Source: Basidiobolus meristosporus CBS 931.73 | Lineage: Eukaryota > Fungi > Basidiobolomycota | DNA: 64,000 nt | Direction of reading: 5' to 3' | Assembly: GCA_002104905.1 (NCBI GenBank) | Contig: MCFE01000065.1 | Coordinates: forward strand, 1-64,000 | Part shown: positions 13,471-26,543 of the stretch, piece by piece | Layout: the number at the start of each line of letters is the position of its first letter | Numbering within the stretch: the stretch's first letter is position 1 | Made by a program: the position numbers and the translations under genes | Notes under the pieces: model-generated | Told to the model about the DNA's origin: nothing | Seen by the model: only the letters and a program-made list of their open reading frames with translations | Database searches by the model: none

Positions 13471-15250
13471 TTATTAGTCATTGCAATAAGTCTTTGCAAC
13501 ATTCAAAGGCATTTCTTTTGGCACTACAGTTTTGGATGAGCTGCAACCACTTGGTATGCCTATAAATGTTTGTAAACTCCACTCTAGACCTTGTAATAGT
13601 TGTCTTTGCTCTTAGGATTGCTGCTTTGGGCTGATGTGGGATTTCCACTGTGTCTACAATCAAAGATGTGGAGGCAGTGTTAACCTCAGCTACCTCACTG
13701 GAGTTTAGCTCAACTGGCTACACATCCAACCCTTATGAATATAGCTGTTGTCTGATGGGTAGTTCTTGTGGGCAATAATGGGACTCATCATGCTCTGTGC
13801 TGGGAGTATTAACTGGTGGAACCACAGCTTTTTTCCTACACTTCCCTTTCTCTAGCTTGGGAAACTTCTTCACCTTAACTTTATCACTGCTCAGTCCTTC
13901 ACTGCTGCTATGAATGAGAATTTCTTATATTGTACACTGTATTCTCCTAGATGAATGCTGTGCTGGTGCATCCATTTTTACCTGCTTGTTCCTTACTAGC
14001 ACTCTCCTAGCATCCTGATGATTTTGAGAAACCTGTTTTGGGCTTTTAGCCCTGCTGGTAATGGGGGCCTGACAAAGCAATGGGTTTTTGCCAGTGCCAT
14101 GTCCTTCACCACTACTCAAGTGCTTCTTGTACTGATCTATAATTTTCCTTAATGAGTGTTGCATAGATGAATCTATTTCTGCCTGGTTGTCCCCAACCCG
14201 CACTCTTTTAGCAACTTAACATGTGTTTGCTGCTTGATTGAAGCCTTCAGCCCTGTCTGTGACAAGCCCTCAAGGAAGTTGCCAGTGTTTAGCTGTGGTA
14301 CCATTGTTTTTCTCTCTTTCATAGTCTCAGCTCTTCTGGAGATACTTTCTTAGCATGCCAATGCCGGCGCAAAATTCATTTGCTTGATAGAGTCAGAAAT
14401 AATACTCATGAAGCAGATCCAGTGTATTCTACTTGACCTTGAGTGCCTGATGAGCCTATAACATACTTCCTGAGACTGAGAGTGGTGATCTTATGACAGT
14501 TGTTTGCTGATTCTTCACCAAGGGTACTGCAAGTGCCACATTCTCATATATATGAGCATTATGGTCTGCTTGTGGCTCTGCAGAGATTCTCAGTGGCCTA
14601 CTTGACTGAGAACCTGACAAGTCCACATTGTTACCTTCAGTGGGTATCCCTTTGCAAAGCTTTAGTGATGGTACCATCAAAACCTCTCATCACAACAATA
14701 TATGTAAGGCTATTGCTGAGTCCTCTGCCAATTCTGTCACTTTCTGATCCTAGACACTGAATTTCCTCCTACATTTATGTATGATAAATGGCTATTACTG
14801 CTTTATCACAATTGTTATTTGCTGACTCAAGAAACAATCTTAATTTAGATGAATACAAATTAGTCTATTTCTGTTGAAACTTCAGTTATTACTCAATTGG
14901 CATTTGTACTGCCCTATACAAGTCCCTATACCCAGTAATAGCATTAAGCCAAACCCCACACTCAACATGTAACTCCATTGAATTTACCACTTGATAAGTA
15001 CTTCTGCTGCAATACCCTCTTGCATGAATTTGGCAGAAACCCTGTAGCTGAATGCCACAGCTTATTTGCTAGTTCCCATACACCCTGGCCTTTAGCTAGC
15101 ACTGCAAGGTCTAGCCCTGCATATATGAGTCCTTGCAATAAATCCTTGCAATACTCAAGTGTGTTTTCTGGAGCACTGCTCTTGCAGAAGTGCTGCAACC
15201 TCTTGATGTTCCAAAGCAAGCTGTTGTCCAACAGTTCTTCTGCTGCTGTC
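13470..15250 (-). repeat. Unclassified repeat family X, copies 2 and 3
   Basis: 14730-15240 aligns by eye with 3540-4030. 13480-14350 resembles 3960-4560. Confidence 0.5.
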
Positions 15251-17944
15251 AGAGTGTCACTCTATAGTGAACCAGACAACTTTGCTTTATGTTTTGACAG
15301 TACTTTTATGGAAGTCAGTCCAACTAATTGGGGAATGGTCTAACATATATGTGAATAATGGTGATACAGCATTATTTATTGTGCTTACTATGGTGGTCTA
15401 TCATTGAGTTGCACATTAATATAGATTCATTGCCTCAGACATAACACTGTCTAAAATTGCAGGAGTATTGACAGAAAAGTGATATACTGGTGTTTCAGAC
15501 AACATTAGACTTATTGGAAGGATCATTGCCAGTGTGTTGTCACACAAACCATATCAGAGAATTTGTTAATTACAACAATACGCCCAGTATCTTGTCAGCC
15601 ACTTGATGCTTCTATTGCATCACCTAGATGTACCTGTCACCTGGTGCAAACTAATTTGGGGGGCTTGTGACACCACTTAGCTTATATGTATGCATGTGCC
15701 CTGTGGTGGGATAGCAAGGAAGAAGAAGGCTCACTGATTGAATATGAGTATATCTTCGCTCTAAATAATACCCTTTATGATCAAGGTAAATGGAAATAGT
15801 GTTACATATTTGTGTGTATGTGGTGACACAGCTTTGTTCATAATGCCTACTACAGTGAGTCATCATTAAATCTGTAATTCATGTAGGTGTAAGTATCAAC
15901 TATTAGACTAATGTAATTTTACATTAGTGTTGAGTAATAAGTGATATAATAGCTTTGCATTATTCAGTGTAAAGCTGTTTGCACCATGGACAAGATTTTT
16001 TTGATCCCATGCAGTAAGAGAAGAGAAAATATTCATTTGGCAATTGTGACATGCCTCTCAGCCACAAATCACACAGATAGCATCAGAAGTATTACCAGGA
16101 TCATGGCCAGTTGTTGCCACTAAGATTATATTTAATATTTATCAGTAATTACTGTACCAGCAACTGCTTATTAGCCACTTGGGACATTCATAACAGGACC
16201 TAGCCATATTTGTAACCATGTGCAAACTTATTCAGCTGAGTTTGTGAAGTCTTCAGACTCATCTCAGCCTTCTGAATATGGTGTGCAAAGTGATAGCTCT
16301 GAAGAAGAAGGCTACAAAGGCTACAAAGGGACTATCAGCCTACCAACCCCTTATAACACTACACTGCATGAGCCAGGTAGAATCCCTTTGTTCAATCAGA
16401 GAGCAACAATGGAAAAAAATGCTAAGGATATCTTATGTAGCAAAGTGAGCCAAATAATCTATTTACTGGTAAATGATGCCATATTGTAGCTAAAGAAGTG
16501 TCATACTTCCACCAATTTCAGTAATGGGAGTTTCAAGGATATAATGATACTTCTTGCCAAAATTATTCTGGGATGCAACTTATCATGTACTTGCTACAAA
16601 CATAAAACCCCTGAGCAGCTAGCAACATATTACTTGGAGACCATCTTGCTGCTAGAATGTGTAAGCAGTTTCATTGCATTCACATTAGAAAATGCCACCA
16701 TTGTAGGATGTCCAAGTTGTCACCTATCCATCACCATAGGAAGAAATTATTGCTGAAGCTCCAGATGTACTCAAGCAATGCCCCATCTGAAGAAGCTCAT
16801 GCAGTCCAACAAATAATGCAAAGCTATCAAATACTGCACTAAGTATCAGTCAAGTGCATTTCACTTCACTAATTTGTAAAAATCAGCTAATATCTTACAA
16901 GCCAATTCCCAAATCAACATCTGAACTACGTATTCAACTGATTGCCAGTGCAAAACTTATCAATGCTTGGGAGGACTCCTAGTTTTTTCAGCATTAGCTT
17001 AATCCCATGAGTATATCCAACCTAGATTGACTATCAGGATCCCACACTGCAGCTATCACAATACCAGCAGCTTGGAATTTGTGCCCTAACTTACAATTGT
17101 ATAGCAGGGTTCTGATGGTGTCTTGCTGTTTTGACTAACAATAAGGTACTAAACTTGGTAGTACTTGCATAGTTATTTGGTGTGACTTTCATAGCATTTG
17201 AAAAATCTGAACAAAGACTATAATCAGTTGAGCAGACCGTACCAGCCAATGCATATGGCTGCCTTGGATGGTAAAGAACTTGGTAGTGTTTTGATGGTCT
17301 TGGTGCATGCCTCTGTTAGTATGATTACTGCTGTACAGTGGCCTACAGCTAGCCATGCTTAAAGCTACTGTATCAATTACATTTGTCAACCACTGCTTAA
17401 GCCATTTATATGGCGCACAGTAGCATCACATCTATGTGTGTGCACACCAACTATAACCATTGCTACTCCATTCATGTCTGAATCACAAAAGTAGCTACTA
17501 CCTTCTGCGGACTAACCACTACCTGCCTGCACACTCACTGTATTGAAACTTCTTTCTTGGCTTTACCGCATTTCATTAAGATACTTGTAAAGTTTGGTAA
17601 AGAGTTTAGGAGATGCTAAAAGTAATTGTGAGAACAAGTGGAATATGTAGCCTTTACTTAAAAGATTCATTGTGTGTATAAGTGATGTTCATACTCTAGA
17701 TAGTTGCGGCAAAACACCATATGGAGCATGCTCAGAAAGGCCACATATATGTGTATGCAGAGCAGGAACTCCTTAGACAACATTGATATATTCCAGGTTA
17801 TCAGTACCTGATATTTTGTCAAGAGTATTTGAATCAAATATCAGCCAAGAACCAAGTCAAAATTCTCAGAGATTTGTAAACAACCGCCAAAGTAGACAAT
17901 TGAGGTGAATATTTTGGTGGAATTGCAAACAGCTGCTAGTAAAC

Positions 17945-18312
17945 TGTTACAAGTCTTGGTATAAGAGTTGTAGAGGAATAGGGAGTTTAGCTAGTATTGT
18001 ATTCACTAAAACTTGAACTGATTTTTATTGAGGTTCCAGCAGCTCCTTATATACATTTTGCCAGATCAATTGCTGACTAATTGTATTTCCTAATGTAGGT
18101 TGTGGCTGATGACTCATTTGATTGCATCATCATCACCCAATAAGATCCTACTTAATATATCTTTTTCTGTCTGATAAGGATCTGCTGATTCATTTGCTGA
18201 CTAATGCTACTGATTTCATAGATAATACTGATATACTGATAACCTAAACATATACTAATTGATTTGACTAAAAACTGATCTAACTTAAACATTCAAGCGG
18301 CAGATCATAACA
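17945..18312 (-). repeat. 3' LTR of the intact Gypsy element
   Basis: tgttacaag...tcataaca, adjacent to the polypurine tract. Confidence 0.95.
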
Positions 18313-18322
18313 TTCTCCCCTA
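18313..18322 (-). promoter_or_regulatory. Polypurine tract (TAGGGGAGAA)
   Basis: Purine run between the pol stop codon and the 3' LTR. Confidence 0.85.
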
Positions 18323-21300
18323 CTAAAGTTGAGAGAGTTCTCCTGAATCTCTTTTCTTGTGATACCAATATCTTGATGGTTCAGTATTATCAGCAAGTCT
18401 TGCAAGCTTGAGTCTGTCCCTATGCACTAAGTCTTCCCGGATATTACCTTGCTTGTCCACCAGTTGGTAAGTTGCAAATGGACATTCTCTGATGATCTTG
18501 AATGGTCCTGTCCATTGTGGCTCAAACTTCTTCCGAGTGTTGTTTCTTAGCAATACAAAGTTCCCAACTGTCAATGCTTCTGGTGCTATAGTCTTATCAA
18601 ATCTCTGCTTCATCTTTTCTGCACTTTGAGATACTTTGGTCTGTGCCTCTTGACGTCTTTGTTCCAGTTGCTGGTGTCTACTTGGCTGACTAAGTTCATC
18701 TTCTAAGGCATCTGTAAGCTTGGGTTGTGTGAGATCTCCTGGAATCCTAGGTTCACATCCATAAACTAAGTAAAATGGTGATTGCTGGGTGGTGTTGTGT
18801 ACTCTGACTCTGCATGCAAAGAGTGCTTGGTCTATATACTCATCCCATCTACTGACAACTCCATTTGCATACTTAGTCAGCATTTTTCCAAATAATCCAT
18901 TAAACCGCTCAGTGACTCCATTAGTTCTGGGGTGATATGCCGAGGTTTTCAAGTGTCTGATCTGCTGCATTTCCAGGTAAGCCTCTAATGTCTTTGCCAT
19001 AAAGTTTGCACCTCTATCGGATAAGATCTCCACAGGGCATCCAAACTTCATCAGGATCTCATGGTAAATGAAACTTGCAACTTCTTGTTCACTGGCTATT
19101 GGTACGGCTTTAGCAACTGGCCATTTAGTGGCATGGTCAATAGCTACTAGGATCCAACGGTTACATTTCCTGGTAGTTGGCAGTCTTCCAATAAAGTCAA
19201 TTCCCCATCTCTCAAATGGTCTTACAGGCTCCAAAGGGAAGAGTTCGGCAATTCTTTGTGGCTGGCCTTGATTGATTTGGCAGTTTGGGCATGTTTTTAC
19301 TAGCTTCTCAATGTCTTGTTTCATTCTGGGCCACCATGCTCTGGCTTTTACAAGGCTATAGGTTCCTTCAATCCCAAGATGTCCATATCCATTGTGTAGC
19401 TTATGTATTAAATCCAGGCGAGCAACATAAGGACAATAGGCAATAGGGCTTCCATCAACAATTCGGTAGAGTGTTTCATCCTGTACAACAAATTTGCTGG
19501 CTTCATCCCGGATTATCTTCTTGATATCTTCATCCACCTCATTAGGAATGGCTTGGTCCTCCAAGTACTTTGGTAATAGGCTAGGCCAATCTGATTCATG
19601 CACCAAGTTGAGTTGTGCAACTTGATCTAATCTTGATAAGGCATCAGCAACCGTGTTGTTTTTTCCAGGGCAGTAGACAATCTCCAGGTCAAATTGCTGA
19701 ATGTATTCACTCCATCTTGTCATTCTTCTAGAGAGTACCTTCTGAGTAAATATATACTTGAGGGAGGCATGATCAGTCTTCACAGTGCATTTGACTCCTT
19801 CAATATAGCATCTCCATGTCTTCAAACAGTGTATTATAGCAAGCATCTCCTTCTCATGGACTGGATAGTTTTGTTCTGCTGAGTTCAGTTTCTTGGATTC
19901 AAAGGCAACAGGGTAGTCCTTTCCCTCGTGTTCTTGGCTCAGCACTCCACCAATTGCATAATCTGAAGCATCTGTGCATAGAGTGAACTCTTTTCTGAAG
20001 TCTGGTATTCTTAAGCTTGGTAACTTAGCAAGTTCATTCTTTAGCGTCTGGAAGGCAGTCTCACAAGCTATGTCCCACTTGTAGGTATTCTCTTTCTTGA
20101 GGATATCAGTTAAAGGGGCTGCAATACTTGCAAATGACTTGACAAATCTCCGATAATAGGAAACCATTCCAAGGAAGGATCTGAGTTCTGATATGCTATG
20201 GGGCTGCTTCAAATTCTTGATTACTTCCACCTTCTTGGGGTCTAAGGTTACTCCTGTGCTAGTCACTATGTGTCCCAGATATTCTACGTGTTCCTTGAAG
20301 AATTCACACTTGGCTAGCTTGCCGTATAGCTTGTTCTCTCTTAGTTTCTTCAAGACCTTTTCAATGTGCACCATGTGATCCTTTTCTGTCTTGCTGTATA
20401 TCAATATGTCATCCAGGTAGATTATCACAAACTTGTCTAAGTACTCCTGAAAGACAGTCTGCATCAGCGTCATGAATGTTGCAGGGGCATTAGTGAGGCC
20501 AAAACTCATGACTAAGTACTCGTAATGTCCATATCTGGTCCTGAATGCTGTCTTAGGGATATCTTCTGGTTTCACCCTAATCTGGTTGTATCCTGACATG
20601 AGGTCGATCTTGCTGAAAATAGTGGCTCCATTAAGTTGGTCCAAAAGCTCATCAATCCGAGGTATGGGGTACTTATTCTTGACGGTAACTGAGTTCAGGG
20701 CTCTGTAGTCAATGCACATCCTAAGTGTTCCATCCTTCTTTTTCACAAAAAGCACTGGTGCTCCCCAAGGTGACTTGCTGGGCCTGATGTATCCTTGCTC
20801 CAATAGCTGATCAATTTGTTTCTTCATTTCCTCCAATTCCAATGGACTCATTCTGTAAGGTGTCTTGCTCACTGGAGGGCTATCTCCTGTGTCAATGGCA
20901 TGATCCACGTCTCTGACTGGTGGTAGGCTTACAAGCTCATCTGGAAACACGTCTGAATATTTCTTCAAGAGAGTCTGGACCTGCTGGGGTGCTGGGATAG
21001 AGGAATCCTCCTGTAATACCGCCATGAGGAACATCTGGGTACCTTTTCTAAGTGCTCTACAGAACTGGGTCTTGCTAAGTTCACTTGTCTCACACACACT
21101 GGAATTGACCAAGTTGAAATCCAGCCTGGCAGGTAATAGCTCATAGGTCTTGTTGTCTTTTTGGATCTGAGTAGCATGGGTTCTCCAGTTGATTGATGGA
21201 TTACGACAAAATAGCCAGGTTTTCCCAAGTACAAGGTCAAACTTGCAGTTCCCAAATATATAAGCCTGTAGGTCTTCTTCATAGTCATTGATCTTCATTC

Positions 21301-22456
21301 TTACTGGCTGGGTAATACGGTTGATTATGTGGGAGTTCCCATCTGCTGTGGAGACTGAAGTTGATTTGGTAGGTTCCGAGTTGATTCCAGCTTTCAAAGC
21401 AAATTGCTCTGACATGTACTCATGCGATGCTCCTGAGTCAATCATGATCTTGGCAGGTACTCCATTGATTGCTCCATTCAGGTACAATAACTTCCCTGAG
21501 TTTGAAGTCATTTGGGACAAGTACTCTTCTGTCATATGGAAGGTGAGTTCCGAGTCTTCTTCAAGCTCATCTTCCTCATTATTGTGTTCATGGGATTCAA
21601 TATGGTTGAAGGTTCTTGTTGGCTGGTGTCCATTTCTTCTCTGAGGGCAGTATTTTGCAATATGTCCCTGCTGGTGGCAATTAAAGCAAAGTCCTCTCTT
21701 CTTGCATTCTTCTGAGGAGGGATTCTTCTGCATAGCGTCTATTTCCATTGGTACTGCTTCTGATTGTCTTCTTTCATAATGATTATAGCCTTTCTGACTA
21801 GTCACTGTAGGCTTCCCAACTCCAAACATAGCTGAGTCATAGTCAATGGCAATCTTGATGGCTTCTTCAATAGTCTGAGGTCTTCGGTAATTGACTTCCT
21901 TGCGAGTTCTTTCTTTCAACCCATCAATAAAGTATTCAACTTGATCCAAGGGGTCCATTCTTTCAATTTGTCCAAGTAGACATCTGTACTCATAGATGTA
22001 TTCTTGCACCATTCCTTTCTGTCTGAGTGTCTTTAACTTCCTTCTTAGTAGTGTCTGCTGGTGTGGAGGTTCAAAAGCATCCTGAATTTCCGACACAAAC
22101 TCATCCCAGGTAGAGATTGTAGAGCATCCCATCATAGTAGCTGACCTGATCTTGTTGTGGTACCACTGTAAAGCTGCATCTGCCAGGTAAGAAGCTGCAT
22201 AATGCAACTTGCTCTCTGGAGCAATTCCTTTAGCTTTAAAAGCTTCTTCAATCTGAAAGAGCCAAGTTCCCAGGTTTTCATTGACTCTGCCATGGTACCG
22301 GTTGACCTTCACACTAAAGTTGCTCTTGATAGGGCTTTGCTGGCTCTGAGCCATGGTAGTCATTCCTTGTTGCTGTTGGCTGAGGATCTGGAGTAGCTGT
22401 TGCTGTTGGGCCAGGATTTGCTGCATGGCATTCTTCCATTCTTGATTGTCCGACAT
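18323..22456 (-). CDS. Gag-Pol polyprotein, 1377 aa (capsid, CCHC knuckle, aspartic protease, RT, RNase H, integrase)
   Basis: [14 protein letters not shown]; IMIDSGAS; [10 protein letters not shown]...YLDDILI; [12 protein letters not shown]; H..GH...C..C, GIDF, SDRG and ERFNG integrase motifs in Gypsy order. No chromodomain seen. Confidence 0.97.
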   Translation of the reverse strand: MSDNQEWKNAMQQILAQQQQLLQILSQQQQGMTTMAQSQQSPIKSNFSVKVNRYHGRVNENLGTWLFQIEEAFKAKGIAPESKLHYAASYLADAALQWYHNKIRSATMMGCSTISTWDEFVSEIQDAFEPPHQQTLLRRKLKTLRQKGMVQEYIYEYRCLLGQIERMDPLDQVEYFIDGLKERTRKEVNYRRPQTIEEAIKIAIDYDSAMFGVGKPTVTSQKGYNHYERRQSEAVPMEIDAMQKNPSSEECKKRGLCFNCHQQGHIAKYCPQRRNGHQPTRTFNHIESHEHNNEEDELEEDSELTFHMTEEYLSQMTSNSGKLLYLNGAINGVPAKIMIDSGASHEYMSEQFALKAGINSEPTKSTSVSTADGNSHIINRITQPVRMKINDYEEDLQAYIFGNCKFDLVLGKTWLFCRNPSINWRTHATQIQKDNKTYELLPARLDFNLVNSSVCETSELSKTQFCRALRKGTQMFLMAVLQEDSSIPAPQQVQTLLKKYSDVFPDELVSLPPVRDVDHAIDTGDSPPVSKTPYRMSPLELEEMKKQIDQLLEQGYIRPSKSPWGAPVLFVKKKDGTLRMCIDYRALNSVTVKNKYPIPRIDELLDQLNGATIFSKIDLMSGYNQIRVKPEDIPKTAFRTRYGHYEYLVMSFGLTNAPATFMTLMQTVFQEYLDKFVIIYLDDILIYSKTEKDHMVHIEKVLKKLRENKLYGKLAKCEFFKEHVEYLGHIVTSTGVTLDPKKVEVIKNLKQPHSISELRSFLGMVSYYRRFVKSFASIAAPLTDILKKENTYKWDIACETAFQTLKNELAKLPSLRIPDFRKEFTLCTDASDYAIGGVLSQEHEGKDYPVAFESKKLNSAEQNYPVHEKEMLAIIHCLKTWRCYIEGVKCTVKTDHASLKYIFTQKVLSRRMTRWSEYIQQFDLEIVYCPGKNNTVADALSRLDQVAQLNLVHESDWPSLLPKYLEDQAIPNEVDEDIKKIIRDEASKFVVQDETLYRIVDGSPIAYCPYVARLDLIHKLHNGYGHLGIEGTYSLVKARAWWPRMKQDIEKLVKTCPNCQINQGQPQRIAELFPLEPVRPFERWGIDFIGRLPTTRKCNRWILVAIDHATKWPVAKAVPIASEQEVASFIYHEILMKFGCPVEILSDRGANFMAKTLEAYLEMQQIRHLKTSAYHPRTNGVTERFNGLFGKMLTKYANGVVSRWDEYIDQALFACRVRVHNTTQQSPFYLVYGCEPRIPGDLTQPKLTDALEDELSQPSRHQQLEQRRQEAQTKVSQSAEKMKQRFDKTIAPEALTVGNFVLLRNNTRKKFEPQWTGPFKIIRECPFATYQLVDKQGNIREDLVHRDRLKLARLADNTEPSRYWYHKKRDSGELSQL

Positions 22457-22502
22457 CTTGAGGGTGTTTTCTTCTTTCTTCAGGAGGGAGGTTTCTGGTT
22501 AT

Positions 22503-22513
22503 CGCTGCTACCA
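22503..22513 (-). promoter_or_regulatory. Primer-binding site TGGTAGCAGCG (3' end of a tRNA, probably initiator Met)
   Basis: 1 nt from the 5' LTR. Complementary to ...CGCUGCUACCA, implying an A1-U72 initiator-type acceptor stem. Confidence 0.75.
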
Positions 22514-22514
22514 A

Positions 22515-22882
22515 TGTTACAAGTCTTGGTATAAGAGTTGTAGAGGAATAGGGAGTTTAGCTAGTATTGTATTCACTAAAACTTGAACTGATTTTTATTG
22601 AGGTTCCAGCAGCTCCTTATATACATTTTGCCAGATCAATTGCTGACTAATTGTATTTCCTAATGTAGGTTGTGGCTGATGACTCATTTGATTGCATCAT
22701 CATCACCCAATAAGATCCTACTTAATATATCTTTTTCTGTCTGATAAGGATCTGCTGATTCATTTGCTGACTAATGCTACTGATTTCATAGATAATACTG
22801 ATATACTGATAACCTAAACATATACTAATTGATTTGACTAAAAACTGATCTAACTTAAACATTCAAGCGGCAGATCATAACA
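22515..22882 (-). repeat. 5' LTR of the intact Gypsy element
   Basis: No difference seen from 17945-18312 in a line-by-line comparison. Confidence 0.95.
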
Positions 22883-25313
22883 AAACTATTAGGCTTATTG
22901 GTTTCATTTGGCAGCTAAAACTAACTTAACAACTTTGGACAAGTTTTAGTTACTGTGTGAACAACTTAGAGCCCTTACTTTGCAACTTTTTTTCATATCT
23001 AAAATTCTTTAATAATTCCTGTATAGTCAAGATCAAACCAACATTTTGACTAAGCATTTTATATCAACCCTGAAGCAGTCTCAGAACACTCCTGAATTCT
23101 GAGAAAGTTTCCTCACTTAGTGTTACAGTTGCACTACTCCTACAAAGATACAATCACCACTCTTCTTTATGAATAAGTAATAGTTGAGCAATTTAACCAC
23201 CTGTTAATTAGTGGCTTATATCCAAAACCTCTTATACTATGGCAGCAACATTACTCCCACTCAACAAACTATTCATGTTCACTGTTTCACAATGATATCT
23301 GATAGCTTAATCTATCCCTGGTTACTTATGCTACCCATGTGGCAAGTGTAGATAGAAGAGTTGTTGAGGAATATGGAGTTTAGCTAGAGTTGTGCTCACT
23401 AGAGCTTGAACTGATTTTATTGTGACAACAGCAGCTTATTAAAGATATTTTGCCAGATTAAATGCTGACTAGTTATATTTCTTAATGTGAATTGTGGCTG
23501 ATTACTTATATGCATGCATTATCATTACCCAATTAGGTCTTATGCAATATATGTGTCTATGTGTGTTAAGGACTTGCTGGTTGATCTTCTGAATAGTGTT
23601 GTTAATATACTTTGCTGATTAATTGTAGTTCCTAATGTAGGCTGTGGCTGATGACTTATTTGATTGCATCATCATCACCCAATAAGATCCTACTTAATAT
23701 ATCAATTTCTGTCTGATAAGGATCTGCGGGTTCATTTGCTGACTAACGCTGCTAACTTGATAGATAATACTGATATACTGATAAGCTAGACATATAACTA
23801 GTTATTTGACTAAAAAACTGATCTAACTAAAATATTCAAGCCGTAGATCATAATACTCCCCCTACTAAAGTTGAGAGGGCTTTCCTAAATCTCTTTTCTT
23901 ATGATAGCAATATCTTGATGGTTCAGTGTTATCAGCAAGTCTTGCAAGCTTGAGTCTGTCCCTATGCACTAAGTCTTCCTGGATATTGCCTTGTTTGTGC
24001 ACTAATTGGTAGGTTGCAAATGCACATTCTCTGATGATCTAGAATGATCCTGTCCATTGTGACTCAAACTTCTTCCAAGTGTTGATTCTTAGCAATACAA
24101 AGTTCTCAACTGTCAATGCTTCTGGTGCTATAGTCTTATCAAATCTCTGCTTTGTTGTTTCTGCACTTTGAGATACTTTGGTCTGTGCTTCTTGACATCT
24201 CTGCTCCAGCTGCTGGTGTCTACTTGGCTGACTGAGTTCATCTTCTAAGGTGTCTATAAGCTTTGGTTGTGTGAGATCTCCTGGAATCCTTGGTTCACAT
24301 CCATACACTAAGTAAAATGGCAATTGTTGGGTGGTGTTGTGTACTCTGACTCTGCATGCAAAGAGTGCTTGGCTTATGTACCCATTCCATCTACTGACAA
24401 CTCCATTTGCCTACCTGGTCAGCGTTTTTCCAAATAGTCCATTAAACCATTGAGTAACTCCATTAGTTCTGGGGTGATATGCCAAGATTTTCAAGCGTTT
24501 GCTCTGCTGCATCTCCAAGTAAGCTTCCAATGTCTTTGCCATAAAGTTCACACCTCTATGGGAAAGAATCTCTACAGGGCATCCAGACTTCATAAGGATC
24601 TCATGGTAGATGAAACTTGCAACTTCTTGCTCACTGGCTATAGGTACAGCTTTAGCAGCTGGCCATTTGGTGGCATGGTCAATTGCTACTATGATCCAAC
24701 AGTTGCACTTCCTAGTAGTTGGTAGCCTCCAATAAAGCCAATTCCCCATCTTTCAAATGGTCTTACTGGCTCCAAAGCAAAGAGTTCAGCATTCTTTGTG
24801 GCTGGCCTTGATGGATTTGGCAGTGTGGGCAGGTTTTCACTAGCTTCTCAATATCTTGTTTCATTCTGGGCCACCATGCTCTGGCTTTCACAAGGCTATA
24901 GGCTTCTTCAATCCCAAGATGACCATATCCATTGTGTAGCTTATGTTTTAAATCCTGGCAAGCAACATAAGGGCACTTGGCAATAGAGCTTCTATCAGCA
25001 ATTTGGTAGAGTGTTTCATCCTGTACCACAAACTTGCTGGCTTCATCCCAGATTATCTTTTTGACCTCTTCATCCACCTCACTGGGAATGGATTGGTTCT
25101 CCAAGTACTTTGGTAATAGGCTAGGCCAATCTGATTCATGCACCAAATTAAGTTGTGCAACTTGTTCTAATCTTGATAAGGCATCAGCAACTGTGTTGTT
25201 TTTCCTAGGGCAGTAGGTAATCTCCAAATCAAACTGCCAAATGTATTCACTCCACCATGTCATTCTTCTAGAGAGTACCTTCTGAGTAATTATATACTTG
25301 ATCAAGGTATAAT

Positions 25314-26047
25314 AGACTTGTTCCGTTGGATAGTGCCACATTGAGCCATAAGTGCCAAATGATGCCATAGTGTGCCAGTGAGGCCAAGTGAGCCTACAAT
25401 TGGCCACAGAGTGTGAAATATAGATCTGCATCTTCATGCAAAGCATCCTCTGTGTTTTACCTATGATGCAGGAGAAAATTCATTTTTTGACATTTTTTTG
25501 TGGATCAATATTGTGCAGGATGTGCAAGAGCACTAAAGGATTGAAGATATACATCTGGTACTCAATACACATGGCACTATGAATCTAGCTCCTGTGGCTT
25601 GTAACATGTCACCAAAATGCATGGCACAATCTTGGTCCACTGGTACTATCTGGCACTATAAGTGCTTTCTGTTGATCTTACTTTAGGGCTAATAATCAAA
25701 TATAGTGCCAGATAGTACCAGTGGACCAAGATAGTGCCATGCATTTTTGTGACATGTTACAAGCCACAGGAGCTAGATTCAGAGTGCCATGGGCATTGAG
25801 TACCAGATGCATGTCTTCAGTTCTTTAGTGCTCTTGCACATCCTGTTCAACATTGAACTAAAAAAAAAGGTCCAAAAATGTATTTTCTCCATCTCAATGA
25901 GTGAGACACAGGGGCTGCTTTGCATGAAGATGCAGATCTATGTTTCACACTCTGTGGCCAAGTGTAGGCCCACTTGGCCTCCCTGGCACACTATGGCATC
26001 ATTTGGCACTCATGGCTCTATGTTGCACTATCCAATGAAACAAGTCT
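25314..26047. mobile_element. Palindromic non-autonomous element, copy 2, 734 bp
   Basis: AGACTTGTTC...AAACAAGTCT with AAT duplication at 25311-25313 and 26048-26050. The Gypsy RNase H sequence resumes across it. Confidence 0.93.
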
Positions 26048-26543
26048 AATCAGTCTCCATGGTGCAAGTAACTCCTTCAATATAGCACCTCCATGTCTTC
26101 AAGCAGTATATTATAGCAAGTATCTCCTTCTCATGCACTGGATAGTTTTGTTCTGCTGAGTTCAGTTTCTGGGATTCAAAGCCAGCTGGGTAGTCCTCTC
26201 CCTTGTGTTCTTAGCCAACACTGCATCAATAGCATAATCTGAAGCTTCTGTGCACAGAGTAAACTCTTTCCTGAAGTCAGGTATTCTTAAGCTTGGCAGC
26301 TTAGCAAGTTCATTCTTGTGCATCTGGAAGGCAGTCTCACAAGCTATGTCCCACTTCAAGGCGCTAACTTTCTTGAGAATATCAGTTAAAGGGGTTGAAA
26401 TACTTGCAAAGGACTTGACAAATCTTGAAAATTATGAAACCACTTCAAGGAATGATCTGAGCTCTGATATGCTATGGGGCTGCTTCAGATTCTTGATAAA
26501 TTCAACCTTCTTAGGGTCTAAAGTCACTCCTGTGCTAGTCACT

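Larger units (their letters stand above)
17945..22882 (-). mobile_element. Intact full-length Ty3/Gypsy LTR retrotransposon
   Basis: Two 368-bp TG...CA LTRs identical by eye, 4-bp TSD AAAC (17941-17944 and 22883-22886), PBS, PPT and an uninterrupted gag-pol ORF. Confidence 0.97.

Noticed and set aside
15400-15900. Possible LINE reverse-transcriptase fragment (GII*SED.LIFN)
   Set aside because: There is only one loose motif, and no YADD or other supporting blocks were found.
24763-25446. 227-aa ORF with an unusual N-terminus
   Set aside because: The N-terminal part derives from the inserted palindrome and the rest is decayed Gypsy pol.
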